From positions 25,773-89,772 of IMG/VR virus record IMGVR_UViG_2645727704_000002: a DNA stretch of 64,000 nt; one strand, 5' to 3'. Source of the stretch: a virus. The notes below the pieces were generated by a model, which worked only from the letters and a program-made list of their open reading frames with translations, was not told the origin of the DNA and searched no databases. Position numbers and translations under genes: made by a program. This document shows, in pieces, positions 1 through 8,322 of this stretch. The stretch's first letter is position 1, and every line of letters starts with the position of its first letter.

Positions 1-1
1 C

Positions 2-718
2 GACGCAGCCATCGATAAGGGTCCGCTCGAAGACATCGCCGACGTGAACATCCTGCACTACGGCAACAGCGCCACAGTGGAGGAGGCCGGGTTCATCGTT
101 TCTCAGCCCACTTTGTTCATCACCACAGATATCACTCCTGAGGACTTCAAGAAATTTAACCCCAACGGGATACACGTAGGCTCCCAATGCGGTATCAATC
201 TTGGCAAGACCGGCACGGCCACGCTCCTCCAGGCTAGGGAAACCCAGTTGGCCCGCGAGCTGATGAAGGACAAAGAGACGCAGATGCAGATGATCGGCGC
301 GCGCATTGTCCAGCAGGCGGGTGGCGCTGAGACGGCAGAGGCCGTGCGCATCCGCTACAGCTCCGACAACAGCGTGCTGGGCACCATCGCCGGCAACGTG
401 TCCGAGGCACTGAAGCTGGCCATCCTGGATGCCGAGCTGTTCATGATCGGCCAGGCCAACATGGACGGCACGGTCTTCTGGCTCAACCAGGAGTTCTTCG
501 ACGACCAGATGGACGCGCAGATGATCCTGGCTCAAGTCCAGCTGTGGCAGCAGGGCATCATCGCCAAGGCCGACCTGCGCACCAACCTGCGCCAGGCAGG
601 GGCGATCGAATCGGACCGCACCGACGAGGATATCGACGAAGACATCGAGGCCCAGCCGCCGGTGAGCGGCAGCGATACGGGCAACGACCTGCCACCAGGT
701 GAAGATGATGAGCAGTGA
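2..718 (+). CDS. Phage portal protein, C-terminal part (5' truncated by window)
   Basis: Frame open from base 2; acidic C-terminal tail; lies directly before head morphogenesis gene; resembles DUF4055-type portals. Confidence 0.7.
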   Translation, partial: DAAIDKGPLEDIADVNILHYGNSATVEEAGFIVSQPTLFITTDITPEDFKKFNPNGIHVGSQCGINLGKTGTATLLQARETQLARELMKDKETQMQMIGARIVQQAGGAETAEAVRIRYSSDNSVLGTIAGNVSEALKLAILDAELFMIGQANMDGTVFWLNQEFFDDQMDAQMILAQVQLWQQGIIAKADLRTNLRQAGAIESDRTDEDIDEDIEAQPPVSGSDTGNDLPPGEDDEQ

Positions 719-1751
719 AGGCTATCTGGCCGACGCGACCACCCGGCACCAGGTGTACGTGCAGCGATACGCTGGGGGAAACATCAAGCGGGTAGCCAAG
801 TTCATCACCAAGGCCATCAGCAGGGCAAGGGAGGCGCTACGCGGCGGGCTGAGCGAATATGGCACCCAACGGTTCAACAGCCAGCTTGGAGCGCTCCAGC
901 GAGACCTGCAGGGCATCTACAGCGACATGAAGAACCAAGCCATGCTGGACCTTGGCGAGTTCGCCGGCTACGAGGCCTCTTTCAGCGCTCGAATGCTTGG
1001 CCAGGTCGTCACCGCGCTGGTACAGACACATGTGCCATCAGCCGATCTTGTCGCTGCTGCCGCTCTCGCAGACCCGATGCTGCTCGAAGCAAGGGCGGGG
1101 GTGCAGCGCATCAGCATCGCCGGCGCGCTGGACCAATTCGGCACAGCTAAGTCCGCGCAGATCGTGGGAGAGATCCAGATCGGGTCGGCGCTCGGCGAAA
1201 CAACGCAGCAGATCAGTCAGCGCTTAACCAGCGTGCACCAGCTCCAGCGGGACCAGGCGTCAGCATTGGTGCGCACCATGACGAACCATGTGGCAAGCAC
1301 GGCAAGGGCTGAGACGTTCAAGGCCAACGACGACATCCTGGCCGGCAAGCGCCGCATCGCCACGCTGGACGGTCGCACATCGCCGTTCTGCCGCTCGATC
1401 GACAACACGGTGGTGCCGTTCAGCGCGCCATCGCCGCCTTTCCACTGGAACTGCCGGACTTCAGAGATACCAGTCCTCAAACCTTTGTTCGAGCGGGAGA
1501 TTCCCGGCTCGGGCAGGCCGGCAGTAGGCCCGGATGGTGCTGAGCAGGTGTCGAGCAAGACCACCTACCAGCAATGGCTCGCCCGCCAGCCTGCCGCGTT
1601 CCAGATCGATGTCCTGGGCCCGGCCCGCTACAAGCTGTTCAGCAAGGGCCAGCTCACCCTGGACCGGTTCGTCGACGACAGCGGCCACCAGATCACGCTG
1701 GACGAGCTAAGGCAGCTTGAACCGCGCGCCTTCGAGCGTGCAGGAATTTGA
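708..1751 (+). CDS. Minor head / head morphogenesis protein (SPP1 gp7 / MuF-like), no toxin extension
   Basis: ATLDGRTSPFCR and PPFHWNCR motifs; position after portal. Confidence 0.85.
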   Translation: MSSEGYLADATTRHQVYVQRYAGGNIKRVAKFITKAISRAREALRGGLSEYGTQRFNSQLGALQRDLQGIYSDMKNQAMLDLGEFAGYEASFSARMLGQVVTALVQTHVPSADLVAAAALADPMLLEARAGVQRISIAGALDQFGTAKSAQIVGEIQIGSALGETTQQISQRLTSVHQLQRDQASALVRTMTNHVASTARAETFKANDDILAGKRRIATLDGRTSPFCRSIDNTVVPFSAPSPPFHWNCRTSEIPVLKPLFEREIPGSGRPAVGPDGAEQVSSKTTYQQWLARQPAAFQIDVLGPARYKLFSKGQLTLDRFVDDSGHQITLDELRQLEPRAFERAGI

Positions 1752-1755
1752 ACAG

Positions 1756-1777
1756 CCGGCCATGAGCCGGTTTTTTT
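1756..1777 (+). terminator. Intrinsic terminator
   Basis: CCGGC-CATGA-GCCGG stem followed by T7. Confidence 0.65.
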
Positions 1778-1819
1778 ACGCCCGCGGCTGAGCCAACGGC
1801 AAATCATCCGGGGGATGAC

Positions 1820-2527
1820 ATGAAATACCTGATCGACAAAGCAGCATTCGATGCACTCGAGCCAGCCCTGCAAGCGCTGTACAAGGCCCAAGGCGATAAC
1901 TACGTGCTGACGGTAGAGGGCTTGCCGCAGAACGAGGACTTGGAAGGCCTCAAGCGCCAGAACCAGACCCTGCTCGACGAAGCGAAGGCGGCCAAACAGC
2001 GCGCCCGGGATGCTGAGCAGCAGCGAGAGCAGCAAGCCGTGGAGGCTGCGAAGGCAAAGGGCGATTACGAGTCGCTCTACGCCAGCAGCGAGCAAGCCCT
2101 GGCCGCCGAGCGCCAGAAGCTGGCAGACCTGCAGGCCGGCATCGAGAAGCGCGACCTGAGCGGTGCGGCCTCCAAGGTCGCGGCCCAGATCGCTGACGGA
2201 CCGAACGCCGAGATCCTGGCCGAGTTCCTCGAGCGCCGGCTGCGCATTGTCGATGGCCAGGTACGTGTCACCGACTCCAGCGGCAACCTCACGGTTTCGA
2301 CGCTGGAGCAGTTGGGCAAAGAGTTTCAGGAAGAGCCGCGCTACGCATCCCTGGTGCGCGGATCTCAGGCGGGTGGCGGCGGGGCCGCTGGTTCGCCGGG
2401 TGGCGGGGCCGCCCCGAAGTGGGAAGAACTGAGCGGCATGGAGCGTGTAGAGCTCCGCCGAAATAACCCTGCCGAGCATGCGCGCCTGAAGGAAGCGCAT
2501 GAAAAGGCCTCGAAAAAAGGAAAGTAA
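1820..2527 (+). CDS. Capsid scaffolding protein
   Basis: Coiled-coil-rich, Gly-rich linker, directly upstream of capsid gene. Confidence 0.75.
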   Translation: MKYLIDKAAFDALEPALQALYKAQGDNYVLTVEGLPQNEDLEGLKRQNQTLLDEAKAAKQRARDAEQQREQQAVEAAKAKGDYESLYASSEQALAAERQKLADLQAGIEKRDLSGAASKVAAQIADGPNAEILAEFLERRLRIVDGQVRVTDSSGNLTVSTLEQLGKEFQEEPRYASLVRGSQAGGGGAAGSPGGGAAPKWEELSGMERVELRRNNPAEHARLKEAHEKASKKGK

Positions 2528-2530
2528 CCA

Positions 2531-3562
2531 ATGCCAACCATCCTATCGGACGTGGTATTCCGCGACGAGCTGCGCGACTACATGCGCGTCAACACCGTCG
2601 AGAAGACCGCGTTCTTCCAGTCCGGCATCCTGGTAAGCAACAGCGATATGTCGCAGCTGCTGGCCAGCCCGTCCAACACCTTCACCATCCCGTGGTGGGT
2701 CGACCTGGATGCGTCCATCGAGTCGAACTACTCGAACGACGTTTACACCGACATCGCGGTTCCGCTGGCGGTGACCAGCGCCGAAATGCAGGCCCGCGCC
2801 GCCTACCTGAACGAAGGCTGGGCTGCGATGAACCTGGTGAAGAACATCACCAACCAAGATCCGCTGGACTTCGTGGCCAGCCGCCTGACCAGCTACTGGC
2901 AGCGCGTAGCCCAGCGCCGGACCATTGCCACGGTTGTCGGTATCTACAACGGCAACGTTGCCGGCAACGACGGTGACATGGTGGTGGACGCTGGCGGCCC
3001 GATCACAGCAGCTTCGGTGATCCGTGCTCGGGCAACCATGGGCGACTACACCCCGCAGATCGTCACCCCGAACGGTACCAAGGCACTTAGTTCGATCGTG
3101 ATGCATTCGGCGGTCTATGCAGAACTGTCGATCCTGAACCTGATCGACTTCACCCCTATCGCCGACCAGGTTCCTGAGTTCGGCCGCTACCAGAACATGC
3201 TGGTGGTGATTGACGATGGCATGCCGGTCATTGGCACTGGTGCAGACGCCAAGTACCTGTCGATCATCTTCGGGCCAGGCGCCATCGGTTACGCGGAAGA
3301 GCAGGACGAGAACGACATCGCCTACGACCGCGAAGAGGCCCGCGGCAACGGTGGCGGTGCTGAAACCCTGTGGACCCGTCGCAACTTCGTTGTGCACCCG
3401 CTGGGCTACTCGTTCCTGTCGGCGACCATCACCGGAACCCCAGGCACCACCCGTCCGGTATCGGCCAACTGGTCCGACCTGGCCCTGGCTACCAACTGGC
3501 AGCGCAAGTGGGCGCGTAAGCAGGTGCCGCTGGCGTTCATCACTTCCACCCTGGGCTCGTAA
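2531..3562 (+). CDS. Major capsid protein
   Basis: 343 aa, follows scaffold, strong codon bias, capsid-like motifs (FTIPWW, ETLWTRR). Confidence 0.85.
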   Translation: MPTILSDVVFRDELRDYMRVNTVEKTAFFQSGILVSNSDMSQLLASPSNTFTIPWWVDLDASIESNYSNDVYTDIAVPLAVTSAEMQARAAYLNEGWAAMNLVKNITNQDPLDFVASRLTSYWQRVAQRRTIATVVGIYNGNVAGNDGDMVVDAGGPITAASVIRARATMGDYTPQIVTPNGTKALSSIVMHSAVYAELSILNLIDFTPIADQVPEFGRYQNMLVVIDDGMPVIGTGADAKYLSIIFGPGAIGYAEEQDENDIAYDREEARGNGGGAETLWTRRNFVVHPLGYSFLSATITGTPGTTRPVSANWSDLALATNWQRKWARKQVPLAFITSTLGS

Positions 3563-3586
3563 CAGAGCCCTTTCGAGGAGATCACC

Positions 3587-4012
3587 ATGGCACTTGCAAA
3601 GGACAACTACATCGACCCGGAAAGTAAAGCTCGCTGGGGCTTCGGTGGTACGGCTGGAAAAATCATCGTGGGCCCAGAAACCGTTGGTGAAACAGGCGGT
3701 GTAGACCATGTCCGCACCGAACCGGACAACCCAGGGGCTCATGGGAACGGCGGCGGCGCAGAGCAGGTTGAACAGCTCCAGCGCGCCAATGCCCAGCTGG
3801 CGGCCGAGAGGGAAGATCTGCAGAAGCAGCTGCAGTCCCTCCAGCAAGCAGACCAAGAGCGGCAGGCACGCGACAAGGAAGAGCAGGACCGGCTGGCGGC
3901 CGAGAAGGAAATCGACGAGCTGAAGGCCAAGCTCGACGCCGCCAACGTCAGCTACCGCGCCAACGCGTCGAAAGAGTCGCTGCAGAAGCTGGTAGACGAC
4001 CTGCCGAAGTAA
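3587..4012 (+). CDS. Head-associated protein with coiled coil and C-terminal HeH/LEM-like motif
   Basis: RBS GAGGAG; C-terminal LKAKLDAANVSYRANASKESL motif. Confidence 0.6.
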   Translation: MALAKDNYIDPESKARWGFGGTAGKIIVGPETVGETGGVDHVRTEPDNPGAHGNGGGAEQVEQLQRANAQLAAEREDLQKQLQSLQQADQERQARDKEEQDRLAAEKEIDELKAKLDAANVSYRANASKESLQKLVDDLPK

Positions 4013-4051
4013 CGCCGGGGCTTCGGCCCCACTCATTCAAGCGGAGGCCTG

Positions 4052-4444
4052 ATGGCTACGTACATCACCGTGGCGGACGTTGACGCCCTCCTTGGCAGCG
4101 CCTGGTCGCCCGAGGAAAAGAAGGCGCTGGCGGTCATGCAGGCCAACGCATACCTCACCTCGCTCAGTCTGGTGGGCATCGACATGGATGCCATTCCGGA
4201 AGAGGTGAAGATGGCCGGCGCGCAGCTTGCCCAGGCCGCTGCCGCCGGCACGCTCTACCAGCAGCACACCGAAGGCTCGCTGGAGGCCAAGACCGTCAAG
4301 GCTGGATCGGTATCGACCAGTCGCACCTACGCATCACTCGACCGCACCAGCGCCAGCGCGCAGCCCGAGGCGATCCAGTTCGCCTTGGTCCTCCTGACGC
4401 CCTGGCGCGGCAATGCATTCAGCTTCGCCGTGAACAGGGGGTGA
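4052..4444 (+). CDS. Head-tail adaptor
   Basis: N-terminal YITVADVD motif; synteny. Confidence 0.65.
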   Translation: MATYITVADVDALLGSAWSPEEKKALAVMQANAYLTSLSLVGIDMDAIPEEVKMAGAQLAQAAAAGTLYQQHTEGSLEAKTVKAGSVSTSRTYASLDRTSASAQPEAIQFALVLLTPWRGNAFSFAVNRG

Positions 4445-4447
4445 GCC

Positions 4448-4828
4448 GTGGGCCTGCGCAATGACATCCAGGTCGATCTGGCTGCTGCCTTCGACGAAGA
4501 CCTGGCAGACGCTGTCGTAGCGTTCACTGGACATTACCTCGGCCCAGGCGAGACCGACCCGCTGACCGAGATCAGCACGCGCCAGCAGGTCACCTACACC
4601 GGGCGCGGCGTGCTCGACGAGTACGACAGCCGGCGCATCGACGGCATCAACATCATGTCCGGCGATGTGCTGCTGATCTGCCTGGCCAACGAGGTGACCG
4701 ACCTCCCGGCCATAGGGCACCGGATCACCGCTGCCGACCTGATCACAGGCGAGCCAGTCACCTACGAGGTGGTCAAACCCGGAATTGACCCGGCCAAAGC
4801 CCACTATGAGATCCAGCTGAGGAGGTAG
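4448..4828 (+). CDS. Head-tail joining / closure protein
   Basis: Synteny and size. Confidence 0.6.
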   Translation: MGLRNDIQVDLAAAFDEDLADAVVAFTGHYLGPGETDPLTEISTRQQVTYTGRGVLDEYDSRRIDGINIMSGDVLLICLANEVTDLPAIGHRITAADLITGEPVTYEVVKPGIDPAKAHYEIQLRR

Positions 4829-4830
4829 TC

Positions 4831-5391
4831 ATGGCCAAGCCCAAGGGCAGGGGATGGACTACGCCGCCGACGCTATTCCGCGAGGAGGTAGACGAAGCGG
4901 TCGCCACTCGATCGCGCGTCATCGCAATGGCCCTTCTCCGCGAGATCGTGACTCGCTCACCGGTCGGCAATCCTGATCTGTGGCAGGCGAACCGCGCCCA
5001 GAAGTCGAAGAACCTGGCCTTGGCCGATGCCTACGACGCCCGCGCGCTTGCTGCTGGACGTAAAAAGCTGACCAAGAAGGAGCGGGACCAGAACTATTTC
5101 GTCAACGATTTGGCAGCCGGTAAGGGCTACATCGGCGGCCGCTTCCGGGGCAACAACTTCGTCACGGTTGGCGCACCGAGTGACGCCCAGCTCGACGTCA
5201 TCGACAAGGTCGGCAGCGCAACCATCGCGAATGGCGAGGCTGCACTGCAAGGGCTTCAGGCTTACACCCTGGTCTACATCCAGAACAATCTGCCATACGC
5301 AGAGAAACTGGAGGATGGCCACTCAACCCAGGCGCCAGGCGGCATCTACGCGGTCTCATTCAATGGCGTTGCACAGGCCTACAGCACATGA
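4831..5391 (+). CDS. HK97 gp10-like neck / tail completion protein
   Basis: RSPV...GRFRGN and NNLPYAEKLEDGHSTQAPGG motifs. Confidence 0.75.
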   Translation: MAKPKGRGWTTPPTLFREEVDEAVATRSRVIAMALLREIVTRSPVGNPDLWQANRAQKSKNLALADAYDARALAAGRKKLTKKERDQNYFVNDLAAGKGYIGGRFRGNNFVTVGAPSDAQLDVIDKVGSATIANGEAALQGLQAYTLVYIQNNLPYAEKLEDGHSTQAPGGIYAVSFNGVAQAYST

Positions 5392-5795
5392 CCCTCGAAC
5401 AGATTCGGGACATCATCATCGTCAGGATGAGCGAATGGATTGGCCTGCCCCGGAAAGACATAACCTACCCCAACGACCGAGATGGACCATTCGATGCGAA
5501 GGGCCGCGCACTCTGGGCCAGATTTAATCATGTGCCAGGCCTTCCGAGCTCGCCTGAGATCGGCGCGGGGCCAGTTGTACGGCGCACCGGCCTGATAATC
5601 GTCCAGCTTTTTGTGCCGCTCGACACTGGCGACCTCGCCATCACCCGAGCCGCTGACACACTGGTCAGCCACTTCCAGTTCTACACCGCGCCTGACGCCC
5701 AATTCGAGTGCTTCGAGGCCTCGGCAGCCGTGATCGGTAACGAGGGCAATGGCTGGTGGCAGGTCAACGTTTCGATCCCCTACCGAGCCTATTGA
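5388..5795 (+). CDS. Tail terminator protein
   Basis: Position before tail tube; GLIIVQLFVP and WWQVNVSIPY motifs. Confidence 0.7.
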   Translation: MTLEQIRDIIIVRMSEWIGLPRKDITYPNDRDGPFDAKGRALWARFNHVPGLPSSPEIGAGPVVRRTGLIIVQLFVPLDTGDLAITRAADTLVSHFQFYTAPDAQFECFEASAAVIGNEGNGWWQVNVSIPYRAY

Positions 5796-5857
5796 GGCTC
5801 GCAACATTCACCGCCGCCTGGCGGTTTTTTTTCGCCTGTCGATAGGAGAAACGCCCG

Positions 5858-7027
5858 ATGAGCAGCGGCGCCAAGGTCCAAACAGCATTCATCCGTGAGA
5901 TCACGCCGGGCGTCACCCCGCCAGGCCCATGGAGCGTGCTCACCCGTATCAGCTTCGGGTTGATGCCCACCTACAACACCGAAGAGAACAACGAAATCGG
6001 CTTCACGCGCATGGCGCAGGGCACCACCCAGACCACCGTCGACGTAGGCGGCGATGTTGAGACCAAATGGCGCTACGGCGTCCTCGACGATCTGCTGGCA
6101 TCCTGCTTCGGTAGCGAATGGGTCAACGACACCCTGACCATGGGCGACAAGCGCATCACGTTCTCTGTGGCGTCCTACGCGACAGATATCGGCGTTGCCG
6201 GCGTTGCTCGCGGCGCGCAAGTCTCAACCATGGCTTTCGATTTCCCCGGTGACAATGAGATCACCGTCACCACGACCCTGGCGGCGCGAGGATGGGATGA
6301 CAAGGGCGACAACACGTCTTATATCGTCAATGCCCAGACCGAGCAGAGCCAGCGCCGCTACACCTTCAAGGACATCAGCGGCCTGAAGATCAACGGAGTA
6401 CAGGTGGGCGAAGACAACGCCTGCGTCGACAGCTTCAACCTGCAGTTCGACAACGAGGTGCAGACCCAGCGCTGCATCGGCAACGGCAGCCCTTACCCCG
6501 GCAACATCATCCCAACCCGGTTCACGCCGTCCGGCTCGATCACGATTGCCTGGTCGAAGATGGCTTACAACCTCTGGCGGGCCCAGCAAAACGGCGATGC
6601 GATCAGGCTCGAGTTCACCGTTGCCAACGCCGATGGCGGCTATGACTTCGTGATCCCTGAACTGGAAGTGACCGGCGACTGGCCGGACGGTGGCGCGACC
6701 GACATCATCCAGGTCGAGCTCAACTTCACCGCCCGCCGCGTACCGCCGACCATCACTCGTCTGCCGGCGCCGGTAGCCATTGGCACCGTGACCATCACCC
6801 CAGAGACGTTGTCGGTCAAGGTGGGCGCTACCGCGGACCTGGAAGTGGTCGTGACCCCGACGGGCGCCAGCCAAGCCGTGCGCTGGACTACCTCCGACGC
6901 AACGGTTGCCACGGTGAGCGAAACCGGCCTGGTCACTGGCGTGAAGGTCGGCACTGCAACCATCACCGCCACCAGTGTTGCCGACGGCACCAAGACCGAC
7001 ACCAGTGCAGTGACCGTCACCGCCTAA
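5858..7027 (+). CDS. Major tail tube protein with C-terminal Ig-like (Big_2) domain
   Basis: Tube-like N-terminus; C-terminal VTITP...WTTSDATVATVSETGLVTGV Ig signature. Confidence 0.88.
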   Translation: MSSGAKVQTAFIREITPGVTPPGPWSVLTRISFGLMPTYNTEENNEIGFTRMAQGTTQTTVDVGGDVETKWRYGVLDDLLASCFGSEWVNDTLTMGDKRITFSVASYATDIGVAGVARGAQVSTMAFDFPGDNEITVTTTLAARGWDDKGDNTSYIVNAQTEQSQRRYTFKDISGLKINGVQVGEDNACVDSFNLQFDNEVQTQRCIGNGSPYPGNIIPTRFTPSGSITIAWSKMAYNLWRAQQNGDAIRLEFTVANADGGYDFVIPELEVTGDWPDGGATDIIQVELNFTARRVPPTITRLPAPVAIGTVTITPETLSVKVGATADLEVVVTPTGASQAVRWTTSDATVATVSETGLVTGVKVGTATITATSVADGTKTDTSAVTVTA

Positions 7028-7085
7028 CCCCTTCGCCTGGCGCGCCCTGCGGTGCGTGCTGGGCCATTTACCGCAGAGGAATACC

Positions 7086-7529
7086 ATGGGCATTACCATT
7101 GCCAAGAAACCCGAGCTTGACGTGAACGGCGAGCGTTGGGTGCAGATCGCACCGGGCGCCGAGATTCTGGTCGGCTCGATCGCCAACCCCATCTACAAGT
7201 CGCACCAGGCGCTGGTGCGCCGGCACTTGGCCGCGATCAACCAGCAGGCGGGCATCGGCACCGACGAGTTCACAATCGCCGCGCTGCCTGAAGCCGCCAG
7301 CGAGACCGACGACGATCTGTTCATCGATCTGGCCTCGCGCCACCTGATCAAGGACTGGAAGGGCATCGACGAGGAGGCCAACCCGGGCGTCCCCGCGCCG
7401 TACACCCCCGAACGTTGCCGTGCACTGATCGAGCAGATGCCTGAAGTTTACTTCCTGGCTCTGCGCACTGCTGTGGACATCGCCAAGCGGGTAGAGCAGC
7501 AGGCGGTGGCCACCGCGGAAAAGCCCTAG
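7086..7529 (+). CDS. Tail assembly chaperone (lambda G-like)
   Basis: RBS AGAGGA; between tube and tape measure; ends on slippery G-GAA-AAG. Confidence 0.8.
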   Translation: MGITIAKKPELDVNGERWVQIAPGAEILVGSIANPIYKSHQALVRRHLAAINQQAGIGTDEFTIAALPEAASETDDDLFIDLASRHLIKDWKGIDEEANPGVPAPYTPERCRALIEQMPEVYFLALRTAVDIAKRVEQQAVATAEKP

Positions 7530-7894
7530 CGGCATATCGCTGGGGGCGGGAGTGGACTGGTCCTGGCGCCGAGAAGAAACGCCATCAGCATGAGCGACTG
7601 GTAGGCATGGTGCCAGAAGCGCCAGAGATAGACGGCGTGGTCGCCCAGATACTGGAAGCCTATGGCTGGATCAGTCGAACACGTCAGTACGTGGGCATGG
7701 CAGGTGCTCCGGCGCCAATATCTCCGATGTCGATTGGCGACTATCTGGACCGCTACCCTTCAGCGATATGCCGCGAGGAGTTCGAGGCAGGGATCTTCGC
7801 CATCGATGACGAGTTCCGTAGGCAGTGGGATGAGCAGCAGGAGAAGGAAAGAAAGGGCGACGGGATTTCGCGATCAATAGCCGGCAGGCGATGA
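7517..7894 (+). CDS. -1 frameshift extension of tail assembly chaperone (lambda GT-like)
   Basis: G GAA AAG at 7517-7523; the -1 frame stays open (KALAAYRWGREW...) into ORF 7607-7894. Confidence 0.75.
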   Translation, partial: GKALAAYRWGREWTGPGAEKKRHQHERLVGMVPEAPEIDGVVAQILEAYGWISRTRQYVGMAGAPAPISPMSIGDYLDRYPSAICREEFEAGIFAIDDEFRRQWDEQQEKERKGDGISRSIAGRR

Positions 7895-7945
7895 CTCCCT
7901 AGGCATCCAATGATAAATTGGGATTCCTAACACGGAGATTAGCCA

Positions 7946-8266
7946 ATGCTTGATACCGGTACAGCCGGCGCTTTGATGCTCGGGATTATGGGTTTTGTTA
8001 TCTACTTTTTGCCAACTATCAATGCGAAAAGCAGGAAGCATCCAAATCGAGGAAGCATCTTTGCCCTCAATCTGTTTCTCGGCTGGACCCTTATCGGATG
8101 GGTTGCAGCTGTAGTCTGGTCCGCCTCATCAATAAACAAAGATGTGAAGCAAATGCCTGGATCGAGTAAATATAAGGATCTAGATAGGCTGGTATCTATG
8201 AAAGAGCGCGGACATATCACAGATGATGAGTTCGAAATAGAGAAAAAGAAGCTCCTAGGGGGCTAA
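7946..8266 (+). CDS. Superinfection immunity protein (T4 Imm-like) with C-terminal SHOCT-like domain; moron
   Basis: YFLPT..A..RKH.N...IF.LNLFLGWTLIGWV..WS motif; GHITDDEFEIEKKKLL tail; AT-rich, own extended -10 (TGATAAAT) and terminator. Confidence 0.8.
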   Translation: MLDTGTAGALMLGIMGFVIYFLPTINAKSRKHPNRGSIFALNLFLGWTLIGWVAAVVWSASSINKDVKQMPGSSKYKDLDRLVSMKERGHITDDEFEIEKKKLLGG

Positions 8267-8280
8267 AGGAACAAAAAATC

Positions 8281-8304
8281 AAACCCGCTTCAAGCGGGTT
8301 TTTT
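8281..8304 (+). terminator. Intrinsic terminator closing the immunity moron
   Basis: AAACCCGCT-TCA-AGCGGGTTTTTT. Confidence 0.75.
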
Positions 8305-8322
8305 AATGCCCGGAGAAAAGCG

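Noticed and set aside
708-1751. MuF polymorphic toxin
   Set aside because: Protein ends after the MuF-like region with no C-terminal toxin domain or immunity gene.
2543-4036. Long antisense ORFs (also 14963-16405, 48412-49581, 52556-53791, 55663-56784, 6224-7192, 1628-2500)
   Set aside because: Shadow frames of high-GC structural genes; no RBS or recognisable motifs.
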